A program made the translations under genes and the position numbers. From assembly GCA_951406725.2 (NCBI GenBank), contig OX597831.1, positions 58,156,001-58,220,000 on the forward strand: DNA of 64,000 nt, read 5' to 3'. Shown here piece by piece: positions 26,114 through 39,613 of this stretch (position 1 is its first letter; each line of letters starts with the position of its first letter). Source of the stretch: Octopus vulgaris (taxonomy: Eukaryota). The notes below the pieces were generated by a model, which was not told where the DNA came from, searched no databases, and saw only the letters and a list, made by a program, of their open reading frames with translations.

Positions 26114-26776
26114 TGTTTATTAAAACAATTTAAGACCATTTGAAACATTTAAAATAACTTATCCAACACCATAGCAACTTGCTTTTTCTCAAAGTGTTTT
26201 TCGAGAATGTATACGTGATCAGGCCCATTTTGCCCCAAACTGGTAGACTAATTTTTGCGGTACTGCTTTCTGACTGACATCATTGCTGCTTTATTAATAT
26301 TTCCTCTTTCGTCTCGGGTTCCTCACTGACATTTTTACATAATTTTTCCTTTTCGCCAATTTACAGATTTTACTTTAAACTTTTTGAAAATAATTCAATT
26401 TTCTTTTATCTTTTATACTTTTAGAGCGTTGTGTCAATAGGAATTAATTTTTAGTTATAAAAATCGGTGCCTGTAAAAAAAAGTGGTTTAATAGGAATAA
26501 TGCAAGCGTAGGATTAATGATATTCTTAATGAATTGAACTTGGAAAAGTAGTGGACTAGAAGAAACAGAAACTTAAAGAATTTGTTGTTAAGGATGAAAC
26601 TGAAATAAAAAACAATATACTGATTTAGTTTCATCCAAATGTGGAAGTATACACCATCTTTTGTCCCTGAGTCTTCCTAACTAAATATGATATGGTGGTT
26701 GATAGTGGTTGAGGCACTCTTATGTAATAGAGACAACTTGTTGCTCAATATATATATTAGCAAACCATTCCAAAAT

Positions 26777-26992
26777 GTGGAGGCGCATTGGCCCAGTGGT
26801 TAGGGCAGCGGACTTGCAGTCGGAGGATTGCAGTTTCGATTCCCAGACCGGGCGTTGTGTGTGTTTATTGAGCGAAAACACCTAAAGCTCTACGAGGCTC
26901 GGGCAGTGGGTGGTGGAGACCCCTGTTGTACTCTTTCGCCCCAACTTTCTCTCACTCTTCTGGAGTAACGCTGCGATGGATTGGAGACTGGC
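26777..26992 (+). mobile_element. SINE head C with a truncated tail-2-like end
   Basis: Similar to 20185 and 21737. Confidence 0.8.
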
Positions 26993-27083
26993 TAGGCTTG
27001 AAAAAGGCGCAAAAAAACCCCTTCCAAAATATAAAAACAGTCAGCTACTGTTCTTTCAGGGTTTTTCCTGACATCGCTGAACA

Positions 27084-27385
27084 GGGTGCAGCATGGCTCA
27101 GTGGTTAGAGAGTCAGGCTCACAATCATGAGTTTCGGACCGAGCTGTGTCGTGTTCTATTTCACATTGCTCCAGTTCACTCAACTGTAGAAATGAGTTGC
27201 AACGTCACTAGTGTCAAGCTGTATCGGCCATTGCCTTTCTCTTCTGACGTGGAGAGGAGCAAGGCTGGTATGCATAGGCGACTGCCAATCTTCCATAAAC
27301 AACCTTGCCCGGACTTGGGCCTTGGAGGGTAACTTTCTAGATGCAATCCCATGGCCCTTCTTGACAAATCGGGATCTTTACTTTT
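27084..27385 (+). mobile_element. CORE-like SINE, head D + tail 3
   Basis: Similar to 34411-34750. Confidence 0.8.
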
Positions 27386-27810
27386 TAACAATCAATTAGG
27401 CAGCACTATCCTCTCTAACGAAAAATAAATGGTGTGTAGGTTTTACTAAAAAATGGAAATTTATCCACTCTAATAACAAAGGATTCTGAAACTATGCCCT
27501 CCAAACGCCGGAGATCAAGCACACCTTGGTTTCTGAAATCCAGAAATTGCCACTCTTAATACTGCCATCTATAAAGCTTGACCAACAGATTTCCCTCACT
27601 CCAAAGTGTACAAACTTTGATTATCTTACCCAAACTGTTGCAGCACCCAGTAAACTTCTCTATGAAAAATATACCAATATCTATCAACTCATTACCTGAA
27701 AGCACAACTAGAAAAAAACCCAAGTGATCTAGATGTGGTCTCGATGGAAAATTTACCATTATGAAAAAGAAAAAAGAATATGGATGAAAAGCCCACTAGT
27801 TAATGATTAA

Positions 27811-27914
<104 letters not shown>

Positions 27915-27934
27915 TGTATATTTATACCTATATA

Positions 27935-27984
<50 letters not shown>

Positions 27985-28084
27985 TAACAATATAGGGTGA
28001 AATTAATTAATTTGGAATAATTATTAATTACACCAAGTAGATTAATTATTATTAATTACACCAAGTAGTAGAGTGGACTGCCAG

Positions 28085-28282
28085 CAGTCCACTCAGCTGG
28101 CAAAACAATACGTTGTACGTGTATTTCAAAGGGCCAGCCTTGGTACATTCAGTGTCACGTTGAATCTCCCTGAGAACTACGTTAAGGGTGCACGCATCTG
28201 TGGAGCGCTCAGCCACATGCACGTTAATTTGAAGAACTGGCTGTTGCGTTGGTCGGATCAGCTGGAACCCTCGTCGTCGTAA
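28085..28282 (+). mobile_element. 5'-truncated SINE, end of CORE-like segment + tail 1
   Basis: Similar to 49505-49705. Confidence 0.75.
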
Positions 28283-29275
28283 TTCAGGTAAACACAAGAT
28301 CCAAGCAGTCTCTTGAGTTAAACAAAAGGGGCTCCACTCGTTGTTAGCGACAGAAAATCAAATACTTAGAAAATAAACCCCTGAAAAGCATATATACATA
28401 AATGCATACATAAATACATGCATGCATTCACATACATGCATGCATTCACATACATGCGTACATACATACATACATGCATACATAAATGCATATATGCATA
28501 CATGCATACATATATTCATAAATGCATACATACATATATATACATACATGCATACATACATATATACGTATATGCACGTGACATACATGAATACATATAT
28601 ACATACATGCATACATACATAAATGCATTCATATATAAATGCATTCATACATAAATGCATACATACATACATACATGCATACATGAATGCATTCCGCCCA
28701 TCACACAAATCATAAATATCAATTATATACAATTATAGTAATAATTATTTTGGGGCCCAGTTATGTTAGTAAATGTTTTAAGCAACAGCATACATATATA
28801 CGTAGATAACTAAATGCATAATTACATACGTACATGTATACATACAACTCTTCACACACATGTAAAATTTTTAAGCGGCAGCTGGGCAATAATCATGAAG
28901 TCATACGTAAACCGATACATTTTAAGATGTAATCAGTTCGGTTTTCTCGGAAAACCTTATTATAAGCATCCTGTTTTGGAGCAAAACTTCTGCTTGTTGT
29001 CACAAAAACAAACTCCGTCTCGAAGTTTGCTAGAGAATCAACGTGCCTGGTTGAATTACCGATCGTAAACAATGAAACCGATCCCAAATTTCTGAGTAAA
29101 ATGATTTTTAGAATATACTTTTCCAAGAATCGGTTGCATCGTTACATCTTTTTCTGTTGGCGAAGAATTGGCTTTGTTTGCCTCCAGCTTGTTTGTCCCA
29201 CTCGAAATTTGAGTAAACAATCCAATCAACTTTATTATTTGTCACATTATGGCATTATTAAACTACACACATACA

Positions 29276-29316
<41 letters not shown>

Positions 29317-29399
29317 CATACACACACATACATTGGCATTTCATTGACATTTCAAAAACATCAACAAGGTAATTTTGCTCGTATGTGTACCTGAGCAGT

Positions 29400-29785
29400 A
29401 ACTGAAGTCAGCGCATGTGCATATTTGTATGTTTTCTTTTATGCATGTATTCTCATGCGTACAATAGTTCCATGTCTAGACGTGTACATGCATACTTAAA
29501 TGATAAACTTCTGAAAAGTTTTACAGATTTTTACAGTTCCAGTGATGGCTTGGTTCTGTAGCCTTCGAATCGGCTTTCTCCTTTCTGGTTTAGAGAAGCC
29601 TAATTCCTCAAGATTGTTATTTAGGCAGTGTATTACATATCCCAGCGCCTCAGTAATTACAGTTATAAACCTGAACTTGTAATCTGGATAGAGTTACTAC
29701 AGATTTCCCAATAGTTCAGTGTATTTTTTGCTAATCTTTAGTTTCATGTTAACATCCGCTGGGCAGCTGATTTCCACAAATATAC
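29400..29785 (-). mobile_element. R4/Dong-like (restriction-like endonuclease) LINE 3' fragment
   Basis: FVEISCPADVNMKLKISKKYTELLGNL..LYPDYKFRFITVITEALGYV...LQNQAITGTVKICKTF. Confidence 0.65.
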
Positions 29786-30001
29786 ACGTATGTATGCATG
29801 CATGCATGCATGTATGTATGTATGTATGTATGTATGTATGTATGTATGTATGTATGTATGTATGTATGTATGTATGTATGTATGTATGTATGTATGTGTG
29901 TGTGTATGTATGTATGTATGCATGCATGCATGTATGTATATATGTATGTATGTATATATGCATGCATGTTTGTATGAATTTGTGTGTTCATATATGTATG
30001 C

Positions 30002-30034
<33 letters not shown>

Positions 30035-30125
30035 TGTATGTATGTGCGTACGTATGCATGCTTGTATAGAAATATGTATGTATGTATGAATGTGTGTATG
30101 CGTGCATATATGTATACGTATATGG

Positions 30126-30181
<56 letters not shown>

Positions 30182-30336
30182 CACACACACACACACATAC
30201 AGAACCATATAATAGCTTAGTAGTGAAATTTAGGATTTCTCGGTTTTCTGTGTCTCGATTTGGATAAAGCTTTTCTCAACTGGTTTGCACACTATGGCAA
30301 CACCATTGTTATGTTTTCATTACTATGTGTGACATC

Positions 30337-30551
30337 TCTTTTACTCTTTACTCTTTTACTTGTTTCAGTCCTTTGACTGTGGCCATGCTGGAGCACTGCC
30401 TTTAGTCGAGCAAATCGACCCCGGGACTTATTCTTTGTAAGCCCAGTTCTTATTCTATCGGTCTCTTTTGCCGAACCGCTAAGTGACGGGGACGTAAACA
30501 CACCAGCATCGGTTGTCAAGCAATGCTGGGGGGACAAACACAGACACACAA

Positions 30552-30622
<71 letters not shown>

Positions 30623-30788
30623 TACGACAGGCTTCTTTCAGTTTCTGTCTACCAAATCCACTCACAAGGCATTGGTCGGTCCGGGGCTATAGCAGAAGAC
30701 ACTTGCCCAAGATGCCATGCAGTGGGACTGAACCCGGAACCATGTGGTTGGTTAGCAAGCTACTTACCACACAGCCACTCCTGCGCCT
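30337..30788 (-). mobile_element. SINE family A inserted in the left TIR of the Tc1-like element
   Basis: Matches the consensus; flanked by acatc. Confidence 0.92.
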
Positions 30789-31393
30789 ACATCCTTTCTT
30801 TTTTATTTCAGATTCTTCAGTTTTTGGGTGAAGCACGCTAATAGCGTCTCTCCTCTCTAAGAACACTGGGACGTGGAAAAGGCCTTAACGATGAAGAAAA
30901 GTCTGTCATCCTCAAGAAAATTGTGGAGTTTGGTCGTCATGTGGACATGGTTATACGATTCCTTCGCCAAGGAAAAAACGATACGATTGTGGGACCGCCA
31001 AGACTGTGACAGCTAGGTATTGAAGGAGTTTTAGCTGTAAGTTACGTGGGAAACCTGGACAAACAAACAGTCATTTTCACCGCCTCCGGACTTCCTCATG
31101 TACCGAAAACCACCAGAGATCGCATCCTCGGGACCATGGCTTCCGTGCGAGAAACCCCCGAAACTGCCTTCTTTAATGCTCTGTCATAGGATTTTGAGGC
31201 TTCAATGGACCCAAAGGTAGATAACGTTAGACATGAGTTGTGTTCTGATCACTGACGAAACCAGAGCGACTCTTGACGGACCTGACGGTTGGGAAAATGA
31301 TTGGATCTATTTTGGAGATGAGCGTCACCAACGTTTACGACGTCAACAACAAGGTGGAGGAGTCATGTTGTGGGCTGGTATCATTGGGGACAG

Positions 31394-31612
31394 CTGGCAG
31401 AAACGTTAGCACGCCGGGCGAAATGCGTAGCCGTATTTCGTCTGTCTTTACGTTCTGAGTTCAAATTCCACCGAGGTCGACTTTGCCTTTCATCCTTTCG
31501 GGGTCGATAAATTAAGTACCAGTTACGTGTGTGTGTGTGTGTATCCATAATCCGTTTGTCTGTCCTTGTTTGTCCCTTCTGTGTTTAGCCCCTTGTGGGT
31601 AGTAAAGAAATA
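31394..31612 (+). mobile_element. SINE family B inserted in the Tc1-like transposase
   Basis: 17-bp TSD ggtatcattggggacag (31377-31393 and 31613-31629). Confidence 0.93.
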
Positions 31613-32394
31613 GGTATCATTGGGGACAGTCTTGTTGGCCCAGTCAGGACCCTGAAAGGGTTAAACTGATCGCAGCCGCCTACTGTAATCTCTTGTAGGA
31701 GGTCTTGGATCCCAGGCTAGATGGCATACCGCTGTCACTTCTAAGGAATCTGGTATTCATGCATGACTACGCTCCCTCCTACTCTGTTAGGACCACCCAA
31801 ACATTACTAGGGTCTTACGGCATACAAGGTGAAAGGTTGATGGAGTGGTTGCCAGCATCTCTGAATCTCAACCCCATTGAAAATCTGTGGTCTATCCTTA
31901 AACAAGATATTTATGCCGATGGACGCCATTTTATGCCGAAAGATGCCTTATGGGCGACCATCAAAACTGTAGCAGAGGCAGTCCAACCTGCTGCTATTAA
32001 GAAATTGACAGATCCCATGACTAATAGGGTTTTTAAAGTTATTCGTCGAAAAGGTACACGTGTGGCTAAATAATTAATTATGTCAATAAATGTTATAATA
32101 TCATTATGGTTTTCAGTTAAGTATATACTCAATGTATGTTTAATATGTATCATCACCCTTCATTTTCCGAAAAAATGTCTAGATGGGCTATTTTCATTCA
32201 TAAGCAATTAGCATGGTTCATCCAAAAACTGAAGAATCTGAAATAAAAAAGAAAGAACGTTACACAGAATAATGAAAACATAACAATAGTGTTGCCATAG
32301 TGTGCAAACCAGCAGGGAAAAGTTTATCAAAATCGATTCCCAGAAAACCGAGAAATCCTAAATTTCACTCCTAAGCTATAAGCGTGGCTCTAGG

Positions 32395-32437
<43 letters not shown>

Positions 32438-32439
<2 letters not shown>

Positions 32440-32700
32440 CGAGTGACTTGATCTGAGATCGTGTGCTAGAACGAAAACAACAGCAGCGTGGAAGGTGTTT
32501 ATAAGCCATTTAAGAAACACACGAAAACCGTTAGATTCACTTCAACATTTAAATTTAATTTGTCAGCACGAAGTTTTGTCAGTGAACAGGTCACGGTCTC
32601 AAAGCGACGAAAATATTTTGACAAATTAAATTTAAATGTTGAAGTGAATCTAACGGTTTTTGTGTGTTTCTTAAATGGCTTATAAACACCTTCCACGCTG

Positions 32701-32703
<3 letters not shown>
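32438..32703. mobile_element. Family P element as an inverted repeat inside (TA)n
   Basis: Arms 32483-32565 and 32619-32701 are reverse complements; (TA)n lies on both sides. Confidence 0.85.
32575..32625 (+). ncRNA. Minimal hammerhead motif, G3-C8 core variant
   Basis: TTTGTCA GTGAACA GGTCAC GGTCTCAAA GCGAC GAAA ATATTT TGACAAA. Confidence 0.62.
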
Positions 32704-32769
<66 letters not shown>

Positions 32770-32918
32770 TATATTTATAAATACAGTGTACATTTACACA
32801 CATAAGAGGCTCCATCGTAGGATTCCTTGCACGCTAGAGAGAACAGTTAAATTCCAAACAACTAATAGGGATAAAATTTCGAAGGGAATGAAAAATAAAA
32901 AACATTTACCATCTAACT

Positions 32919-32990
32919 CCTGGACCAATGGTTTCAAACTTTAATTTTAGCAAATAAAATAATTTGCTAGGCGAAGTCTTCTTCAGCAGG
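32919..32990 (-). ncRNA. Type I hammerhead ribozyme motif (C3-G8, long stem II)
   Basis: CCTG CTGAAGA AGACTT..TAGCAAAT..ATTTGCTA..AAGTTT GAAA CCATTGG TC CAGG. Confidence 0.78.
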
Positions 32991-33255
32991 TACACCCTAG
33001 ATTAAATATATATATACACGAGGCAATTCAGTATATGGCCCGTGCTTATACATTCTGATTTTTCAAATCTACCGCTCAAGCGCAGCTGCTTGTCGGTAGG
33101 AAATAAAAAATGTCGGCTTTTTAAATTCGAAAATTATACAGAAAAAATTATCAATAATTAATAATATCAAAGGGTAATCAGAAATAGTAGAAATTTCCAT
33201 TACCAGTAACCTAGCGTGTAAAGATTTAGTATATATACTAAATATAAAAATTTAC

Positions 33256-33749
<494 letters not shown>

Positions 33750-34251
33750 ATATATATATACATACATATATATGAAATCAAAATAAGTAACAGGATGTCA
33801 AGTAGTAATGCTGTATGACCGTTCCAAGCGGATCCATTTAATTGAACAATGTAACCATTACATCTATTTAAATGCACCGCTATCATTACCGGGTTAGCTA
33901 AGAGGGATATATAAATCCATTTAAACATTAAAAAGAAGATTACTATTTTGTAGAATCCACTTAATGCCTCATATTTACACAATTAATTATTAGGCGGTCA
34001 CCATAAAGACCACTCAAACAACTTACATATGGAAGTTATCTGGAAAAATATACACACTATCTAAGGAATCGGAAGCAGGATTATAAGATAAATGACAATA
34101 GCATATTGTGTTACGGTCGAACTGTATTACTACTTTTCATCCTGTTACTTATTTTGATTTTATTCACCTTACTTCGAGCTTTGCGGATAACACCGGAATG
34201 ACTTGGTACTTCAACTTAAGTACCTAATTCAACCTAATATATATATGTATG

Positions 34252-34377
<126 letters not shown>

Positions 34378-34410
34378 TATATATATGTATATATATAAAT
34401 ATATATATAT

Positions 34411-34750
34411 GCATGGCTCAGTGGTTAGAGCGTCGAGCTTACGATCGTGAGGTTGTGAGCTCGAATCTCGGACCGGGCTGCGTGTTGTGTTCTTGAGCAA
34501 GGCACTTTATTTCACGTTGCTCCAGTTTACTCAGCTGTAGAAATGAGTTGCGACGTCACTGGTGCCAAGCTGTATCGACCTTTGTCTTTCCCTTGGATAA
34601 CACTGGTGGCGTGGAGAGTGGGGGGGGGGGCTGGTATGTATGGGCAGCTGCTGGTCTTCCATAAACAACCTTGCTCGGACTTGTGTCTAGGAGGGTAACT
34701 TTCTAGGTGCAATCCCATGGTCATTCATGACCGAAGGGGGTCTTTACCCT
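34411..34750 (+). mobile_element. CORE-like tRNA SINE, head D + tail 3
   Basis: TGGCTCAGTGG A-box; CORE-like ttgtgttcttgagcaaggcactttatttcac...tcagctgtagaaatgagt. Confidence 0.88.
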
Positions 34751-34849
34751 TTTATATATATTTACATATATATATTTATATATATATATTTATATATATA
34801 CATATTATATATATATTTATATATATACATATATATTTTTTATTTATTT

Positions 34850-35535
34850 TTTTTATTTATTTATTTATTTAGTTTCAGCTCACAAGCTGTGGCCATGCTG
34901 GGGCACCGCCATTTGGTGTTGCTACATGATTTTACTTCACGAATGCTTTTTAGCAATTGCCATCTGGTGCATGAGAGAGTTCGATGCAGTTGCCCTCATC
35001 TGCACCTCCTGCCGTGAAGTTGGTTCATCTGGGACACCTGACAAGAAGAGATCCAGTTTCATTTTAAAGACATCTGCATCCACCTCATGCAGGTCTCTTA
35101 GGTTCTTCGGGAGGATATTGAAGAGCTGTGGGCTTCGGAAGCCCAGGCTATCATAGTATCTTGTCCTACATCTTGATGGCAAATTTGGAGTCCTTGGCAC
35201 TATGCAGTGGCGCCCAGTTCTGGCATTTGTGTAACTCTCGATTCCAAAGTTTGGGACAAGTCCTTCTAGGATCTTCCAGATGTATATTATGGCATATCTT
35301 TCTCGCCTACGCTCTAAGGAATAGAGTCTCAATCTCTTGAGTCTTTCCCAATAGCTTATATGCTGCACAGAGGCTATCTTCTTCGTGTAGCTTCGTTGGA
35401 TCGCCTCAAGTTCTGTGATTAACTTGACACTGGATGGTGACCATAACTGAGAGCAATAGGCAAAGTGGCTTAGGACAAGTGTCCTTCAGAGGACCATCAT
35501 GGTTTCCTGGTCTCTTGTTCTGAAGGTTCTAAGAA
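34850..35535 (-). mobile_element. CR1-clade LINE 3' end with 3' UTR
   Basis: ILRTFRTRD...YCSQLWSP...LEAIQRSYTKKI...SYWERLKRLRLYSLERRRERY...FKMKLDLFLSGVPDEP, followed by an (AAAT)n tail. Confidence 0.9.
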
Positions 35536-35552
35536 TAAATAAATAAAAGATA

Positions 35553-35606
<54 letters not shown>

Positions 35607-35834
35607 GTAAATATGGTTTCTTCTTTTTTGCTTGGACACTGGTTTTTAACTATAGGTTTCCCTTATTTGAAATGTAATTTTTAAAAGATTTTATAAACGA
35701 TGAACTTTTATTTTTACATTATATGTTATATATTACTTATTTATATGCTTCCTTATATATATATATATATTTTTATATATTTTTATATACCTATATATTT
35801 ATATATTGCTTTATACTATATTTTTACGTATTTA

Positions 35835-37120
35835 CGAGGGACGTTCAATAAGTAATGCCTCTGACCCACTTGCAGTTGGTTGATCCAGCTGAAATTTTGC
35901 ATGTGCAATTATTTATATCTCTACAGATTAGGTGATAAATTACAGCCCTGAACTAATTGTGGTTTCTGATTTACAGGTGTTTGAACTGAATTAAGTGTGA
36001 AATGGAGCCTGTTGAGTGTCGAACAGTGATCCGGTTTTTGTATTTGAAAGGACGCACACCACGAGAGACTTTTGATGAAATGAAAGTAACTTATGGTGAT
36101 GATGCCCCATCATATGACCTTGTAAAACGCTGGCATCGTGAATTCAAACATGGTCGGAACTCTGTGGAAACAGCTCCCAGATCTGGTCGCCCCCCCTTTT
36201 GCCATTGATGAGGTATCTGTCTGTCAAGTTGAGGCTGCCATTTTGGAAGATCGACGCATAACTATTCGCCAAATAGCCCATGAGGTCAAGATTAGTACCA
36301 GGTCTGTGGAAACTATCATTCATGACCATTTGCATATGCAAAAGGTGTCTGCCATATGGATTCCCAGGTTGCTCACACCTTTCCAGAAGCAAGAACGCGT
36401 TGAGTGCTCGAGGATGAATTTGGAGATGTGCCAAGAAGATGAGTCAACATTTTTCAAAAGTCTGATTACACAGGACGAAACCTGGGTCCATCACTATGAT
36501 CCAGAGACCAAAGCCGAGTCAATGCAGTGGAAGCACCGTGACTCACCGCCTCCAAAGAAGGCAAGGGTGCAACCCTCCGCTGGCAAGTCATGCTCACAGT
36601 CTTCTGGGACCAGGACGGAGTAGTGATGACAGATTTCCTGGCAAAGAGTACCATAATTACAGGAGCCTATTATGCTTCACTTTTGAAGAAATTAAGAGAA
36701 GCTATCAAAATCAAGAGGTGGGGCAAGATCAGCAAAGGCATCTTCCTCCTGCAGGACAACGTACCGGTCCACAACTCGCGTATCACCAGATCAGAAGCAC
36801 AGGCGTGCGGCTATGAACTCCCCCCCCCCCCCCATCTGACCTTGCACCCTCTGATTCTCACCTCTTCCCAGCCATGAAGTTGTTTTTGAAAGGAAAGCGT
36901 TTCCCAGATGATGCAGCCTTGATTTCTGAAGTCACGTCGTGGTTGGAGGACCAAGCTGGGGTCTTCTACAAAAACGGTCTCCAGAGCTGCATCAAACGAT
37001 GGGAGAAATGCGTAACTCTGGGTGGTTCCTATGTAGAAAAAGACTAATAACTGTGCCACGTTTCGTTGCTCTACTGCTATGGGAAGTGGATCAGGGGCAT
37101 TACTTATTGAACGCCCCTCG
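35835..37120 (+). mobile_element. Full-length mariner (irritans-like), 1286 bp
   Basis: TIRs CGAGGGACGTTCAATAAGTAATGCC / GGCATTACTTATTGAACGCCCCTCG with TA TSD. Confidence 0.95.
36002..37047 (+). pseudogene. Mariner transposase pseudogene
   Basis: WIPRLL, ITQDETW, LQDNVPVH and DLAPSDS motifs; frameshifts near 36195, 36585 and 36830. Confidence 0.93.
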
Positions 37121-37444
37121 TATTTTCTAGGTGTTGTAATGTCTTTTTAAAAAAGATATATTTCTTAATTGCTAAAGTATTAACATTAACCGTGATGAAC
37201 TGTATTCACACATTTTTCTCGCACTTTCTTATATGCTTGTACAGATGAGTTATGTTTCATCTTCCGTGATATCATAAATGTATATTCTATGATTAAATGT
37301 TCGAGATATGAAATGTTATGTGGATGACCTTGCATTTGTTTGTTCTGTAACCTTAGTTTGATATATTTGTCTCATTCAATTGAGCACTTCTATAGCTGTC
37401 CTATTAAACATTTTGTTCCTGATTAGAAACAATCACTGTATTAT

Positions 37445-37518
<74 letters not shown>

Positions 37519-38337
37519 TTATATATATATATACATATATATGTGTGTGTGTGTATTTGTGTGTATACTTAAACACACACATATGTTTTCCAATATATTA
37601 TAACATAAGCAGCAAATACCAGGATATAGGTTTGTATCTGGTGTTGAATGAATGACAGAGAAATAATTGACGTTTGGGACGTATTTGTCCTTTATAGCAA
37701 ACAACTTAAGAGAAAGAGAGAGGGGGTGGATGAATGAATGGGGGAGGAGTTAATTTACGCCATATTTTTTGAATGACGAAGGTCACTCAAACCACTAGAG
37801 GACTATATGGTCTTTGTTTTTTTTCTGTTCCTGTTTTTTTTTGTCTTTTTTTTCTGGCATGGGAAAAATAAACCTGAAATTACAACATTTTCTTTCTTTC
37901 CCTCAATCCGCATCTGTGTTCTTAGTTAACAATTAAATATATATATTCTTCTTTATTCGACACACACAAACCCGGATGGCCAAACTGGAATGCTTTTGAT
38001 GATTGCACAATAAGGGCCGATCTGGTGCTAAGTAACAACGACTTCTTCCTGATGAATTTTAAGGAGGTCCTTCCTGTTACGTCAATTACACTTGATGTTT
38101 TAAGCCGTGTCACCATCTGTATTTATGTCGCCGAAACAGATGGTTACAACACTACCACCAACGATCACGACGATAACAGCAACAACATCAATAGTAACAG
38201 TAGGAACAGCAGAAGGGGCAGCAGTAAGAGCAGCAGCATCATCAACAACAAAAGATGAAACGTGTCCCATGCGTCTGCTTTCTCTCTCTCTCTCTTTCTC
38301 TCTCAGTCTCTCTCTCTCTCTCTCTGTGCCTCTCTGC

Positions 38338-38339
<2 letters not shown>

Positions 38340-38370
<31 letters not shown>

Positions 38371-38371
38371 C

Positions 38372-38435
<64 letters not shown>

Positions 38436-38509
38436 GTCTGTCTGTCTATATAACTATCCATCCATCTATCTATCTATCAATCTATCTATCTATCAATCTA
38501 TCTATCTAG

Positions 38510-38578
<69 letters not shown>

Positions 38579-38591
38579 AATCTATCTATCA

Positions 38592-38646
<55 letters not shown>

Positions 38647-38659
38647 AATCTATCTATCA

Positions 38660-38718
<59 letters not shown>

Positions 38719-38731
38719 AATCTATCTATCA

Positions 38732-38778
<47 letters not shown>

Positions 38779-38791
38779 AATCTATCTATCA

Positions 38792-38832
<41 letters not shown>

Positions 38833-38833
38833 C

Positions 38834-38868
<35 letters not shown>
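38340..38868. repeat. (TATC)n microsatellite
   Basis: Seen directly. Confidence 0.97.
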
Positions 38869-38869
<1 letters not shown>

Positions 38870-38874
38870 ATGTA

Positions 38875-39290
38875 TGTCATTATTCAGTTTTATTTCAAGA
38901 TTTCTTACTTATAGAGAAAGAGCCGATTTCTAATCTAGATCCAAAGCTCTTTCATTGGAATTTCAACAGGGTATTTTTGTAAACATGTATATGTACAGAA
39001 TTGTATTTTTGTTTTATGTATGTATTCTCATGCATGTATATATACTTAAATAATGGCTTGGTTCTGCAGGCTTCGAATGAGCTTTCTCCTTTCTGGTTTT
39101 GAGAAGATTTATTTCTCAAGATTGGTATTTATCCTGTGTTACATATTCCAGTAATTACAGGTATAAACCTGAACTTGTAATCTGGATAGAGTTGCTGTAG
39201 ATTCCTAAACAGTTCAGCGTAGGTATTTCTCTATCGCTGATCTTTAGCTTTATGTTAACATCCGCTAGGAAGTTGATTTCTACACCTGTA
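38875..39290 (-). mobile_element. R4/Dong-like LINE 3' fragment, second copy
   Basis: Homologous to 29400-29785 (VEINFLADVNIKLKISD). Confidence 0.65.
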
Positions 39291-39547
39291 TACTTATGTA
39301 CGTAGTACGTATGTATGTAGTAAGTAAGTATGTATGTATCTTCTATTTTATTTTTATTATAAATCTTCCAACAAAGATACAAGGCTCCATCTTTGGAATG
39401 TAGTTAACACAGACAAATTCATATTTGGAGAAAAGTCTTGTATATTTTTACAGTTCCACTTACAGACTAATCAGCCGGTCAATTTCTGAAAATCTCAGAC
39501 CCCAGCATGACCGCAATCAAATGACCGAAACAAATAAAAGATTGAAA

Positions 39548-39610
<63 letters not shown>

Positions 39611-39613
<3 letters not shown>

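Larger units (their letters stand above)
30200..32392 (+). mobile_element. Tc1-like transposon, DD37E (TRT-type), with long ~200-bp TIRs and two SINE insertions
   Basis: TIRs 30200-30845 (split by SINE A) and about 32205-32392. TDETRATLDGPDGW...RLRRQQQGGGVMLWAGII...FMHD-37aa-E (NPIENLW). Confidence 0.88.

Noticed and set aside
32488-32696. Two opposite-strand ORFs with identical N-termini (MEGVYKPFKK...)
   Set aside because: An artefact of the DNA palindrome; both use a GTG start and there is no coding evidence.
37973-38117. Possible minus-strand exon (cag|ATGGTG...CCGG|gtttgt)
   Set aside because: Weak donor, no recognisable protein and no linking exons.
38107-38982. 291-aa ORF, and similar long ORFs at 45344-46142 and 47600-48287
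   Set aside because: Low-complexity translations of (TATC)n, (TA)n and (AAT)n.
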